Shown: piece by piece, positions 13,083 through 26,817 of the stretch
How positions within the stretch are numbered: position 1 is the stretch's first letter
Layout of the letters: the number at the start of each line of letters is the position of its first letter
Assembly (NCBI GenBank): GCA_964188305.1
Contig: OZ076892.1
From: Podarcis bocagei
Taxonomy: Eukaryota
Direction: 5' to 3' (one strand)
DNA length: 64,000 bases
Notes under the pieces: model-generated
The model's input: the letters and a program-made list of their open reading frames with translations, nothing else
Database searches by the model: none
Told to the model about the DNA's origin: nothing
Position numbers and translations under genes: made by a program

Positions 13083-13654
13083 TATATGAGTAACTACTGA
13101 GACGATCCATAAAAGGCAACTGTACCAAAAAAGAAATTATTGTGAAAATAAGAAATATTGGGGAAGGGGGGATTTTGTCCTTGCTCAGGGCGCTGTATTT
13201 GCCCACCCTGGTTATCCTGGTGCCAAGCTGTATAGGGCTTTGTACTTCTGCACAAGCACCTTGGTGGTGATGGTATTGTTGATGATGCAAAATGATGATG
13301 ATATCATATGTCTAGTCAGACCAGGACTGTGTTTGTTTACAGTGCTCATCAGTAATGAAGGGAAGAGATATTAAAAAACTGGGCTAAAATGGCACATGGT
13401 CCAATTCTGGAATTAATTCTTGTTAATTAAAGGCACACAGGGGCAACTAATATTCATTTCTTTCCAACTTTGGACAATAAAGGAAAAGGGATCACATGCT
13501 TGGATACAAGCAAAATATTTTGGTTCTGGCTGAATGCTGATTACATTCTGCTTGTTGATTTGCAACCAATTCCTCTGACTGGGTGGGGATTCAAACCAGC
13601 ATATATAAAAAGCAGCCATGAATGCTTTGCCATCAGCAGTTGTGGGAGTTTGGG

Positions 13655-13800
13655 GAAGGGCCATAGCCCAGTGGTAGAACATCAACTTTGCAGCACTGGA
13701 AGAGACTTGCCAGAAACACTGGAGAGCAATTGTCAGTGTAGATAGTATTAAGCTAGGTGGACCAAATGCTCCGACTTGGTACAAGGCAGCTATGATATGG
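13655..13800 (+). mobile_element. Old tRNA-derived SINE (internally deleted)
   Basis: Head GGGCCATAGCCCAGTGGTAGAAC; the 3' part is shared with the 18607 and 60197 copies. Confidence 0.55.
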
Positions 13801-15618
13801 TTGAAATGCCAGGCTTCCCTAGGACTTAAGAGTTTGTCCTTATGACAGTGTCTCAGTCAAAACAATCTCCTGCATTGTCATTTTTATAGAGATAGGAGAT
13901 CTTGATTTATCTCCCTAGTAACTCTGATGAATTCTGTGTTTCAATTTTAATGGCAGACTCTAACCACAAGATCACAGAAAATATATCCAAGTTCCTCACT
14001 GTAGCCATCAAAGCTAGGCCACTTTTCTTAAGGATGAGTTTTGAGTCAAAATTATATTTTTATCCTTCGTTTTAAAAGGCACAATTTGTGTGTGTGTATG
14101 TTGTCTGTTTTCTGTATGATGGCTGTCTTGATAATTCCATACTGCTTATGGTATGTAGACCTGGATATAGCACAATGAGGCAAGAGCAGATCACATCACT
14201 CTATCATGTCACTGGCCATTTGAAACCCTTAGAAAGAGCCTTCCAGGGCTCCTTTCAAGGTGATCAGCCACCATTTGGGCTCCTGCCACTGGTCTTGGAC
14301 TAGATTCCTGCCCTCTGATGGTCAAGGCATAATCCAGCCTTTTGGATGGCAGCATCCTAGCTGTACTGCCTTTACCACTTTTCCCTTTTATTTAATCAGA
14401 CAGTGACCAATTTATCCAGATAACAGCACTGAGCATGGCAAAACAACTAGTTTGCAGTGGTCAGCCAGCTCTTGAGACAACTGCATGTTGCTCCGATGAT
14501 AGAACAATTGTTTACCATCAAGCGAAATCAAGAGAGCATCCCTAACAAAATTGTAAAACTTAAGGCTGCCACCGCGGATGAACTGAAGAGCACTATATGA
14601 AATGAATTGGGTGCTTTAACCGAATCTTCTCTCAGGACAATAACTCTAATGTAAAGCCGAGGTCTGGGGAGGTCGCCAGTCGAAAGCCCTCCTGGGGCGT
14701 TTCAGAGGGGAAAAGAAATTTTCTTCTCCTGTCAAATTCACTTCACATCCTAATACGTCTGTAGATGTGCATTGAAAATATGATACACAGCCACCATTAT
14801 GAATCAAAGTTTAGATAACAAGGACCATTAGGAAATCTCCAAGGATGACAAACTTAACCCTATATGAACTTAAAGGGAATATTTTGCTTCTAATGGAGGG
14901 AATAAGCCAGGTTGATTTTAATTGTGACGGAACTAAACTGTCACCTGTCATTAGTCTCAACTGGCTTTTTCTTCTTTTTTTTATGAATTGCAGCCTTGAT
15001 TTAAACATACATGGTAGCTACTAACTGGCATCTATTGAACATAAGCTATAGTGAATGTTATCTTTTTGAATAAATATACTTTAGAGTCAGCATTAATCTA
15101 TCATTATTCGTCTTTGAAGGTCCATTTATATATCTTCTAGGATGTGTTACATTCTTGCAGATACAGAAATTAAAATATCACAGTAGGGGAAAGAATCTCC
15201 CTAAGTCATTTTGTCATCTCACCCTTATAGGCACCAGGGCGGGACAACACTATAAGAATAATATATGGGTGACTTTAAGTTAGGCACATTAAGTTAGTTA
15301 AATTATGCTTTGTACTAATAGAGGAACACAGAAAGGTTGTCAGTGCAAACATTCAGCAGGACCACCAAACCAACACATGTATGCATTTCATTCCAGAAGA
15401 CCTGGCACCAACTGCAAGGCACCAGAGTCTAAGGGGCACCATAGACTTCCCCTCCCCCTAAAACCAGTTCTCAAAAGTATGTTTTCTTTTGTAGGATCAC
15501 AGCCATAAAGTTGAGAGCAGCAGAATCCAGTCTCCAGTCTTTGCGGCTGCACTCTCCTCCATACTTCTATTGGGTGTATATTTGCTTCTGTCATGCCAAT
15601 AAAGGAGTCTACCACCAC

Positions 15619-15619
<1 letters not shown>

Positions 15620-15670
<51 letters not shown>

Positions 15671-15800
15671 TTATTTGTACCCCACCCTCCCTGGCCAGAG
15701 CCAGGCTCAGAGCGGCTAACATCACATAAATAATACAATGTGCATAAAAACAAGCAATCAATTGATTAAAATGCATCCCAAAATAAATTCAAATAAATTA
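15620..15800 (-). mobile_element. (AAT)n microsatellite tail plus 3' end of an L2-like retroposon
   Basis: (AAT)~17 followed by TTTATTTGTACCCCACCCTCCC..GCTAACA; a related copy lies at about 21220-21340. Confidence 0.6.
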
Positions 15801-17459
15801 AAATTAAAGTTAAAACTGGACAAATGACGATTGTCAGGTTAAAATTGAAAGTGGTTAATACTTGCCAGGACCAGCTGTTTCCACTGATATTATAAGGACC
15901 TCTGAGCGGGCTGGGAAACCTCCTTCATGCTTATTCTTATACAAAGAGAAAATGAGTCAGACTGAACCCTGACCAAAGGCCAGGATCAAGGCCAGAATCT
16001 GTTATTGTCACATGATTCCATGGTGTGGCTGGAGAATGAGTGGGTGGGTTTTCAGGGTCCATGGCAGCAGCAGGCTGTAGATCTCTATACAGCTGAAGCA
16101 TCACAGGCAGCACATGTACTTATTATGATGCTGCAGTGGTGTATTTGTTTGCTTTCAACTCATTGATTGCCCATGTTTGTGCTGGGTGGTGTGTCCAGGT
16201 TGGTTGGTGTGCGTGGGGTTGCTATGGATGCCATGGGCATTTCTTCGCACTTTCTGCCACACTTGTTTTCATTGTCCTGGCTGAGGTGTTTGGATAGCAT
16301 GGGATTTGTGCAGGGGCAACCCCAGTGCACGTACCCCTTGTAAGATTTCACCAACTTTGACTTGTGCCATTAGTCTCTTATTTGGAAGGAAGAACCCACA
16401 CCTTTCATAAAAAACCTGACTTGAATCTAAGAAAGCCAATTTCTTTCTAAGATGAGTTGCCTGCAATGCCTAGATATCAGCAAGTCAGACGCACAGAGTG
16501 TATCCAATGAAGGAGGGTTATTTTTGCACTCATCTTTTTCCCTTTCCCCAAGAAACCTTTTTTAAAAAAACCTGTGGTAGCAAAAGCAGAGAGGAATAAT
16601 TTCTTCTCAATGTATTTACAAATGTGAGAAGCTTTTCAAGTTGTGTTTGCAATTCTCTTTCTATCAATGACCTCTATTTTCATAATCCTTCATGGAGTAT
16701 CATGGTTTTAAAGCGCTTTCTCTCCCTGCTGTTTTTGTTAAATGGTTTTGTGGAGGGGTTTTGGGTAGGATATTTGGAAAGTCAGATGCTGCATTTAAAT
16801 GTTGTGTTTTCACAGATATAATATTTATTTACACACCATCCCTCCCCCCTCCACATTCTGAGCAATGCTACTTTTCCCTGGGTATTGCTAACTATGCAGC
16901 CCAAGCATAAGGCCACAGCTTCAATGCAGTCAAGCAGTGGTGATCACATCTTGTTTGCAATTATGTTTATTTCTTCACATGTGTCCAAAAAGGCCAGCGG
17001 TGGTCAGCTGCCTTGGGCGGGCATTTATGGCAAAGAAATGGTTTGGCAGCTTGTCAGCCAGGAAAATAGCTTAGAGTCACTTAAAGACTCCCATGTCATG
17101 GACACTTGCAAAATCCCAAAGTGCTTAGTCTTTGGCTTGCATGCTTTTGAAATCGATTGCATTTGAAGAGGAGGGCAATTTATATTACGTGTGATGGATT
17201 TTCATCTAAATAATCCCAGAGTGAAGAGTGGCAAATAGCAAAGAATATGTGTGGAATGAAGAAGGAAGGAAGGGAGATTCCAGTTGTTGTTCTATGGAGG
17301 GACTGATCCATAAATAGCCTGACAAAAGTGGATGCTTTTGCGACTAATGTCTGGGGGGTTGTGAGTTTATCGTTCCCAAATATGGGATGAGTATGGTGGC
17401 TTATGCATCTGTTCAGTTGAAGCTGGATGTCTCAGCCATTGAAATGAATGTCATTAGAG

Positions 17460-17595
17460 CAGCCTGTCTCAACCTTGGGTCCCCAGATGTTGTTGGACTA
17501 CAACTCCCATCATTCCTAGCCAGCATGACCAGTGGTCAGGGATCATGGGAATTGTAATTCAAGAACACCTGGGCACCCAAGGTTGAGAAAGGCTG
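17460..17595. mobile_element. hAT-like MITE
   Basis: TIRs CAGCCTGTCTCAACCTTGGGT / ACCCAAGGTTGAGAAAGGCTG; flanks CATTAGAG / GGTTAGAG look like a decayed 8-bp TSD. Confidence 0.75.
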
Positions 17596-17795
17596 GGTTA
17601 GAGTGTTGGACTAGGAGCTAGGAGACTACGGTTTCTATACCCACTTAGCCATGAATCTCACTGGGTGACCTTGAATCTCTCAGCTTAGCCTACCTCACAG
17701 GGCTGTGGTGAGGATAAAATGAACAGAAGAACCATGTACACAATCCTGATCTCCTTGGAGGAAAGATGGGGAATAAATGTTGTTGCTGTTGTTGT
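17596..17795 (+). mobile_element. CORE/MIR-like SINE remnant
   Basis: GGGTGACCTTG..CTACCTCACAGGGCTGTGGTGAGGATAAAATG core-like sequence with a short simple-repeat tail. Confidence 0.6.
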
Positions 17796-18606
17796 TAATT
17801 GCCATTTTCACAAACATGATAGGAATTGCGCAGCATGGTTCATTATCTTTGTTTAATAATGCCTGTTAGTTGAGATATGTTTTGTGTGCTGTTTGTCTCC
17901 CACTGGCACTGGCTATTCTGTTGGTGGTTAGAACTGAGTGAAGAAACACATTCTTTTGGCAAAGTGAACTAGTCCTGGCCCTACAGTTGCTGCTAAATTT
18001 CTGTAGGAGGGGAGAGAGAAGGGAGCTGAGGGGCAGGTGCCCATCACACTTGCTCAAAAACCTGGCCTTAAAAAGTTGGCATCCCCAATATATCAGAATG
18101 GTTCATGTATACCAAATGATACCATACATGCTTTGATCTCAAAAGGTCTTCTTTAGTAGGAAATTATATAATAATATAAAGGAAAAGTTATTAAGGAGGA
18201 ACTGAGCTCAAACCCATTCTATCCATGCATTGAAAATGTTTATAACAAGGGAAAGGCTTGTGTGAGATCTGTCCTTGCTACGCTGCATAGACAAACATTG
18301 GAATAATATCTCTCATAGGGTTGCATACAATACTAGTTTTACTCAGAGTTGACCCACTGAAGTTGATGGACAGGACTAAACTTAAGATTCATTCATTTCA
18401 GCAGGTCTACTCTGAGTACAGCCTAGTTGGACACCATTTTTCCCCAAAATGCCTAGTACCCAAGCAAGATGCAGAAATAGAAATCCTGATTTTGACTCCT
18501 TTGCCAAGCAACATGCAGCAAAGCAATAACAATCTAAAACAGGAGTTACCCATGAACTGCTAGAAGGGAGTGAAAATTTCTGAGGGTGGTTACATTTCAG
18601 CAAGAT

Positions 18607-18790
18607 GGGCAGTGGCTCAGTGGAAGAGCACATGTGTTACATACAGAACATCCCAGGTCCAATCCCCAGCAGACAGGGCTGGGAAGGACCCCTGCCTGAA
18701 ACCCTGGAGAGCCACTGCCAGACAGTGTCAGCAGTACTGAGCTTCCTGGACCAATAGTGTGACTCTGTACAAGGAACCTTCCTGTGCTCT
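18607..18790 (+). mobile_element. tRNA-derived SINE
   Basis: A-box-like TGGCTCAGTGG and B-box-like GGTCCAATCCC. Confidence 0.65.
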
Positions 18791-18853
18791 GGAGTGCTAG
18801 CCAGAGAAGCAGGATGCCTGTGACCTCTGAGAGGAATGGCTCAGAGTGCTTTA

Positions 18854-19078
18854 CAGTGGTACCTCGGGTTAAGAACTTAATTCATTCTGGAGGTCTGCTC
18901 TTAACCTGAGGTACCCCTTTAGCTATTGCGGCCTTCTGCTGTCACCACACCGCCACCGCACGATTTCTGTTCTCATCTTGAAGCAAAGTTCTTAACCCGA
19001 GGTACCATTTCTGTGTTAGCGGTGTCTGTAACCTGAAGCGTCTGTAACCTGAACTGTCTGTAACCCAAGGCACCACTG
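18854..19078. mobile_element. Tc1/mariner (Tigger-like) MITE
   Basis: TA-CAGTGGTACCTCGGGTTA ... TAACCCAAGGCACCACTG-TA; homologous to 5348-5562. Confidence 0.87.
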
Positions 19079-20352
19079 TACTGTATTCAGCTGCAGGCAC
19101 AGAGATAATGCAAAGCTGGTCTGCTGCCCTCACTAAACCTCTGACCCATACAACTTGTGGCTCTCCATCAATTTATTTGAATATACACTTGCTAAAGATA
19201 GGGTTGCATGCAATGTTAGTTATAATCAGAGTTGACCCAGTGAACTTAAATGGACCTGTAAACTTAGGCTCATTAATCCAATTGTGTCTACTCTGGTTAT
19301 AACTTAGATGTATACAACCCTTATTTTAAATTTCAGTGCATGACAATGTTGGTGTTCGTTTTTGTCTTGTGAAGCAGAGTTGCCCCCGCCCCCTTTTGCT
19401 GTGCTAAATTAGCTTCTGAGAACAGGTGGAAAGTAAGGGGAAGTAGCCAGCAGCTCTTAATCAGTCTCAAACCTTAACCTCTTCTCCTTTATGAGACTCC
19501 TGAAAAAAATTCCATTGACTTTTATTCATGGAATCTGTAAAAACAATCGGCTTGAATAGAGCAAGATTTCTTTTTAGAGGGGTGGGGAGAAGCTTTATAC
19601 AATAAATTAAACATAGGACGAAATGCAAAAAGGTTACATTGAGATATATAATATTTGAAGGTTTAATTCATTTTTCTAGTGTATAAGACACAAGGCTATT
19701 AAATTTTTAAAGCAGCGATCTTCTGAAGTCCCCTTCTTTATGAGGGCTTTCTTCATAAAGATAAATGGTTTCCTTGCCAAATCAAATGCAGATTTGAAAC
19801 AAATTAAGTTAATGTTCGACAGTACAAGGTAGAATGGATAGGCAAACTGTTTTATTTTGCATTGTAATAACCATATACACCTAAATCAATAGCTGTGGAG
19901 GGGGGGGGGGAATCTCTGGCAATAATATCACGTAACTGCGGGAAATGAAATATAGAGAAAATGGAGAGTGGGAGCAAAGGAATAAGCAGATTCCACAAAG
20001 AAAGAATATGTATTGCAATAATGACATTTCATTAAAAAAAGGAAGGGATGCAATTGAATATAAGTCCATACCAGTAAATTCTATTTCTTATAATAACACA
20101 ATATGAGTTAAAGTTGGCCAGCTATGGTGATAAAACACACCCCTGGGTTCTTTTCTTATGGTGTGCAGTAATTTTATGTTTAAAGATGCTCCCTGAAATG
20201 TTAAAGAGCCAGGGTGCATTAGTGCTGAGCTGAAAAATTTCTCTCTCAAAAAAATCCTGATTTCCCCCTTTTCAGAATTTCCCCTTCCCAAAATATTTTG
20301 CATTATATTATTGTAGTGTTCACCATTACACCCCCTGCCTACTTACCCAGGG

Positions 20353-20422
20353 TAGCAAATAGATGGAAATATAACCTCATCTGCATTTAGCAAATAGACG
20401 GAAATATAACCTCATCTGCATT
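20353..20422 (+). repeat. 35-bp tandem duplication
   Basis: TAGCAAATAGAYGGAAATATAACCTCATCTGCATT twice, with one mismatch. Confidence 0.9.
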
Positions 20423-22646
20423 AGTAGCATCAAAGTCCCAGTTCTGGGAATTTTCTCCCACCCTGTGTAGGCTTCTAATGTCATGGGATGCGACTCTAAG
20501 CAAGAAAGCATGCATGAACACACAAGGAAAATGCACAGGTGTGCTGTAGCCATGTGCTCTGCCTACCACTAGGTGTGCTTTGCTTTTCAACTTGTGCTTT
20601 GCTTTTTAAATTATCTGAAGCAGAGGCATAGCATGGGGAGGGGGCTGAGGAAGTCGTTGTCCTGGGTGCACTTTTTTTTTTTTTTTTGAGGGGGAGCAAC
20701 CAGGCGCCCTCAAGACAGAGGAAACCACGCCTGGGCCCAGCCTTGGGGGATGGTGTGGCAGCAGAAGCGACTACTCCTTAGGGCTGCCCCATGTTCGTGG
20801 GGTCTGAACTGCAGGTGATGGACTCTTAGCGAGATCTTGGGGCTGTAGTAGATACGTAGCTCAATGAAGATGTCAACCCAGTGTGTGGTGCCCAATAAAA
20901 AGGGAAATTCCATGCTAGGGATCGTGAGGAATAGAACTGAAAATAAAACTGCCAATAACATTTGGAACATGGGTATGCAAAACATATCTACACGGAATAA
21001 ATGGTGCATAAGAACACAAGGAGAGCCCAAATGGATCAGACCTATTGCCTGTCCAAACCAGCATCTAGCCTTACATAGTGGCTAACCAGATGATGATGAT
21101 GGGAAGCCGCAAAGAGAACATGAGGGCAAAGGCCTTTTCCAGGTGTTGTTCCCCAGCAAACAGTATTGAGTGGTATACTACAGTTTGCCATCATGACTAA
21201 TAATAATAACCATGACTAATAATAATAATAAATAATACATTTTATTTATATCCTGCCCTCCCCAGCCGAAGCCGGGTGCAGGGCAGCTAACAACAATAAA
21301 ATAATACAACATTCTAAAATCATTTCATTCTAAAATTAATTTAGAATTTAGTAATTTAGTAACCATTGACAGCCTGATCAGAGTCCTGACTCAGTAGAAG
21401 ACACCATCAGTGTTCATGTAAATCATTATTCTCTGACCTGAATGGCAGCAGCTTTTCAAGAACTCAGAGCAAGGTCTCTTGCAATCCTGCCCAAGAACCT
21501 TTAGTTGGAGATGTCAAGAACTGAATTTGGGTTATTCTTCATACAAAGCATGTACTCTACCGCCCCGCTTTTCCCCCAAACCCCTCCTAATCAGAACAAG
21601 TAAATATTTGGCACATCCTTATTCTGTTACTCCAGCCCACCTTATGTGTGTGCAATGTATTCATTGCCATATCTGCCTTAAAAAAACCTCTGTCCTTATA
21701 CTGTCCACTCATAAGATGCAGACTTAATGATCCAGCTTCTGCTAGTAGGAACAATTGCCTTTTTTATTTTGCTCATTATGACCTGTTTTTCCCTTGTTAT
21801 TAGTGTGCATGACTTTTTGTGTGGTTCATTTGCTTTAATAGGGGACGGATCAAACTCGGTCAAGCAAATTGAAGCTATTCTTACTCCTAGGTTCTCTGAA
21901 TGAATAGGAATCATTCTAAGACATCCCATCTGCTTTCCTTCACCCGCAGTCACCAAAGAACACCCAGAATGTGAATTCACTGAAGCAAAACCTCTTTTCA
22001 AAATTGCTTGTTGTTAAATCAGTGCCTCCTTCTATCAGTTCGTGCTGATATCATTATCTGTAGGCAATCTAGCACAAGTGCCGTCTTTTTTATTAAGGTC
22101 TTGTAAGACCATTTATGCAGAATATGTCTGGTCAAGTAATATTAGTTCACATTTCCCCCCCCCCCATCAATACATTATATCTTCTATTTGTCTATATCTA
22201 GAGTTTACGTACAGTACATGGTTATTTACATTAAGAAAATAAAAGAATAGATCTATCTATAAGGGTTCCTACATAGTCAAACTTGGTAGATAATCAATTT
22301 CTTCTTCTGACAACAAAGTGTGAGATAAAGGCTGGGATTGTGGGATGGTTGTCCTCAAATCTAGACTTGTCTGTGCAAGAAGATGTTCATCTGAGCACCT
22401 TCTCCAAGTGCTTCAAATTTCAGAGGAGAAGTGAGTGGTGATTAGGGCAAGGCTCTTTGGGGTGGAATGCCCCATTAATGCAATGCCCAATAGAGCAGGT
22501 GTCTGCCTGGCACCTTTACTGTTAAATTTCAGACAAGGGATAGCTGTGGTGCCCTCCAGATGTAATTGGACTCTGATGCCCACCAGCCCCAGCCAGAACA
22601 GCTAATGGTCAGGCAGAAGCTATATAGAAGGGTCTGGCAACTTCTA

Positions 22647-22782
22647 TTTCAGTGTATCTGAAGAAGTGTGCATGCACACGAAAGCTCATACCAAGAACTA
22701 ACTTAGTTGGTCTTTAAGGTGCTACTGGAAGGAATTTTTTTATTTTGACTATGGCAGACCAACACGGCTACCTATCTGTAAC
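22647..22782 (+). mobile_element. Penelope-like element (PLE) terminal fragment with a minimal hammerhead ribozyme motif
   Basis: GTAT-CTGAAGA-A-GTGTG(CATG)CACAC-GAAA-GC-TC-ATAC at 22654-22691; a near-identical inverted copy lies at 23833-23956. Confidence 0.75.
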
Positions 22783-23832
22783 AGGTAGAAGCTGTTATTC
22801 CCAAAAGATCAGGAGGGCACCACGTTGGCTATCTTTGTTTTAGGTAAAAGAGCTTTATATTGGTCCAAGCTTCAGTTTCTGGTTTTCTTATGGGTGCTCT
22901 CAGGCTCCGATCCTATGCACACTTACCTGGGAATAAATTCCAATGAATTCAGTGACACTTGGCTCTGAGCAGACATTCAATATTAATCTGCTATAATAAT
23001 CTGGTGTTTAAAAAACTGTATGCATACCATTCAGCAGCATCTGTGGCCCTCCAGATGTTGCTGGAAAAAGATTTTAACCTCCCTCTAGAAGCTTTCAGGG
23101 TGCTGGGGAGAGAGATGAGAATATATACATATAACTTTTTATCAGGCATGCTGTAAACAGCATGCAGCCCTGGAAACAGTCAGGCGATCTGATCAGAAGC
23201 ACCATGGTGTTGAGCATCCCAGCGTTTGCACATTAGTCTTGGGACTACCTATTTATTTCCAATGACTTGCTAGGAAATCACCCTGAAGAGTTTTTTTTAA
23301 GTGGAACATGCCAGGTATGGAGCCAGAAAGCCTTTGAATAAATTCACAAAGGTTTTTTTTAAAAAAAAGGAATTTGGCACAAAGCGACACAAATCTCCTT
23401 TAAAAATATGTATGCAGACAAACCCCTGCCTTGCTGATAGAATAAATTTTGCTAGTTTTTGTTGCTTTCTTTTGCATCGCAAATAGGGAGGGGAAACAGA
23501 AACGGACAGTGATAGGTATTGACATGCTGCCCTCAAGCTCCGGAAATCTTATTCTGCCTCAGGTTGGCATGCCAGCCTATTGACAAGTCCATTGATAGCA
23601 TTTTGTCAAATATCTCCTGAAGCCAGGAATGCTACTGTGTACCTTTCATTTAATTGTACTGTCCTAAATATATATATATAACAACAATGGCAAGAACAAG
23701 GGTTTCTTGCTCCTTCAGCCCTGCAAGAGTTGGGGGGCAAACTTAGCAGCCTAACAGAGTTTCTCCTCTTTGCTACCTCCTAGAATTGTAGTCAGCTCCA
23801 AACAGGAAGAAAAACCCAGGAAGGCAGTAGTA

Positions 23833-23956
23833 GATAGGTAGCCGTGTTGGTCTGCCATAGTCAAAATAAAAATTTTTTTCCTTCCAGTAGCACCTTAAAG
23901 ACCAACTAAGTTAGTTCTTGGTATGAGCTTTCGTGTGCATGCACACTTCTTCAGAT
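23833..23956 (-). mobile_element. Penelope-like element terminal fragment with hammerhead core (second copy)
   Basis: Reverse complement of about 22656-22780; it breaks off within ribozyme stem I. Confidence 0.75.
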
Positions 23957-24306
23957 CCAGGAAGGCAGTACTGTCTGGAATTGGGGCTAAGAACCTCCTG
24001 TTTGGGAGCTTCAGGCCTCCTGGTCTGGCCTGGACACTCCCCACTAGCCCTACTTTGCACATGAAGTGTTTGCCTGGTTGGAATTTGCCATTGGATTCTG
24101 AGAACTACTCTTGTTTCTTTGTGTGAATGGAGGCTACAGAGGGGTGTGTGTGTGTGTGTGTAGAAACTAGCCTATTGTTATACTTGCATTCATTGCTCCA
24201 TCCACTTTTGCCTTTTGCCCTGCCCACCACTGGCATGTGGCCTCCATAAGGTTACTGAGGAGGAAATGTGGCCCACAGAATGAATATGTTCCACCATCCC
24301 TGGTCC

Positions 24307-24598
24307 AGAAGAAGAAGAAGAAGAAGAAGAAGAAGAAGAAGAAGAAGAAGAGGAGGAGGAGTTTGGATTTGATATCCAGCTTTATCACTACCCAAAGGAG
24401 TCTCAAAGCGGCTAACATTCTCCTTTCCCTTCCTCCCCCACAACAAACACTCTGTGAGGTGAGTGGGGCTGAGAGACTTCAAAGAAGTGTGACTGGCCGA
24501 AGTTCACCCAGCAGCTGCATGTGGAGGAGCGGAAACGCGAACCCGGTTCCCCAGATTACGAGACTACTGCTCTTAACCACTACACCACACTGGCTCTC
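24307..24598 (-). mobile_element. Squam3-like tRNA-derived SINE with (CTT)n tail
   Basis: The minus strand begins GAGAGCCAGTGTGGTGTAGTGGTTAAGAGC with a B-box-like GGTTCGCGT; (AAG)n tail at 24307-24352; partial copy at 54340. Confidence 0.8.
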
Positions 24599-26189
24599 AG
24601 GAGATCCCTCCTGATAAGAGCTGCCCACTTCCTAACCAGACAAAACTCTGGCTTTCTGAGATATTAGCAGATGTTGCCAATGCTCTTCTGTGCATCTGTT
24701 GACAGCTGTAAGAATCAAAAACAAAAACAAAAAAACCACCTTGCCTTTAAAATGAGTGTTGAGATGCACAGGAAGGGAATTGCCTAAAACCATATCCTGC
24801 CCTTTTGGGGAATGAACATGTCTGTGTTTCCCTGCAATTGTAGCCAACAACCCCATTTATAGGCCGTGAAAAGTGATTGGACAGTTACAAACACGCTTCT
24901 GCCTTCGCAAACACGGACGCAAGCCCTGTAGGAAGAAAGCAAACAGTTTGCTTATTTTTCTCCCCCACTTGGTTACTCCCATCTCTGTTTCAGAGGGCAT
25001 TGCCATAATGAGAATGGAAAACGCTTTTTTAATTAAAGAGAGGGACAAGCCCCCTTGATCAATCCTGCCCCCTTCTGAGCTTGTGCTGTGTCCCCCTACT
25101 TTGTATCCCCCCTAACTCAGGGTTGGCTGGCACTCTTTGGGCAGGAGGACAAATGCTCTTTCACCGTTGGGTTCTTGAAAGCCTGCGGTATCTTTTTCAG
25201 GCAGGCTCATTCCATAGACTTAATTAAAACCTAGTTCACTCCTTTATTCAATTTATGAGTCCTAGCCAGTAGGATTAAGCGATTACAGGCAAAAAGCTCC
25301 ATTTGTGAAACACTCATAAGCTGAGGCTGCTCAGGCTGCTCAGTTGTACTCCATTAAATTAATAAGGAATGAATGGGCTGATCCATTATGAATAAAGCTG
25401 TGGGGAGTCCTGCCATTGCTTCACTCTCGGCACACTCTCCTTAGAGAGCGTTTGTGTGAAATGATGGTGCTTATATTCGTTCGAGTGGAATTTCTGCAAA
25501 AGTGGAATGCATAAATTACTCTAAAGATGTGGAGTTTATCTTAAAAACGTTAACTATTTGTGTGAATTAATAAGACTATTATAAAACCATTAACATTCAG
25601 TGTATTTACCTTCACACACCGCACACTGAAACCAAATTCAACAATCGTTCCTAATTGCTATTCTCGTTGCGCGATCAAGCTGTGGTTCATTTTCCCTTGT
25701 AGTCATAATATTTATGATCTACAATTTTTCTATTAAAATTTAAAACCTTTTCTCCCCCTCTTTTCTCAATTTTAAATATGCTCTTGTGGGTTCCCCTCCC
25801 CTCCCCTCCTTACATATTATAATTAAATGCAAACAAGTGTTACTAAATGAAATGAAAAAAGAAAGTGTGTTTCAAAAGAGTTGGAAGTGCCGATGAGAGA
25901 GATGCTAGAAGATGCATCAATACAGGTGCAGATCATCTTGTTATCAACTACCTTTGCAAACTAATCACACTTTCCACTTGAGTTTAATTTAATAAAAACA
26001 CTCTCGTTGACGCAACTGCTAAACGATGGGTCCTCCAGGAATTCTACTGCAAAATTAACAGCTAGAGTGGTTTTCTAAAGAGGGTGACTAGATGCAAAGA
26101 GGAGCTGGGCTTCTTTTGCCTCTTTGACAGTTGTACTGAAGAGGGAATTTCAGCAGATTAGCTTGCTTGAGAAGCTTGCATGGTAGACA

Positions 26190-26585
26190 TGATACAGATG
26201 TGCAAAATAGTGCACAGTGTGTGGATAAAGTGGACAGGGATAAGTTTTTCTTTCTCATAATACTGAAACTTGTAGATGTCTGGTGAAGCTGAATGTTGGA
26301 AGTTCAACCATGGAATTTGCTCCCACGAGAGGTGGTGATGGTCGCCAACTTGGATGACTTGAAAAGAGAATTAGACACATTCACAGAGGGCAAGGCCATC
26401 AATGGCTACTAGCTACAATGGCTATGTTCTGAGACAGTATACCTCTGAATACCAGTTGCTGAGAACCACAAGTGGGAAGAGTGCTGCTGAACTCAGGTCC
26501 TGTTTGCAGCTGCCTTATAGGCCTCTGGTTGACTAGATGGGCCCCTGGGCCTCCAGTAAGGCTCTTCTTGTGTCCTTACCATGTT
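26190..26585 (+). mobile_element. Degraded CR1 LINE 3' fragment
   Basis: Typical CR1 3' sequence (GAGGTGGTGATGG..AACTTGGATG..AATGGCTACTAG); related remnants near 20830-20960 and 28520-28760. Confidence 0.6.
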
Positions 26586-26817
26586 CCCAAGTAAGCAGAT
26601 ATAAGATTGCAACCAGAAGCATCCTTAAGAATCCTCCCTCCAATCCAAGGAATCATGTCACGCCAGTGAACAGGGATGTGTGGGAAGAAAACTGATGGGG
26701 TATACGGCATCTGATTTGACAATCTTTTTCAATGAGGCCTTGACAATGGGAAAGGTGGATAATGCAAATACATAATGACAACACAAGGACTATAGAAAAG
26801 TACTTACCATGACCATT

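Noticed and set aside
12285-13100. Overlapping ORFs, and a CRISPR-like look from palindromic repeats
   Set aside because: GC-rich tandem units inside a MITE; the intervening sequences repeat rather than being unique spacers, and the DNA is eukaryotic with no cas genes.
24530-24598. tRNA gene
   Set aside because: The A and B boxes belong to a SINE head followed by SINE body and tail; the same applies to the other SINE heads.
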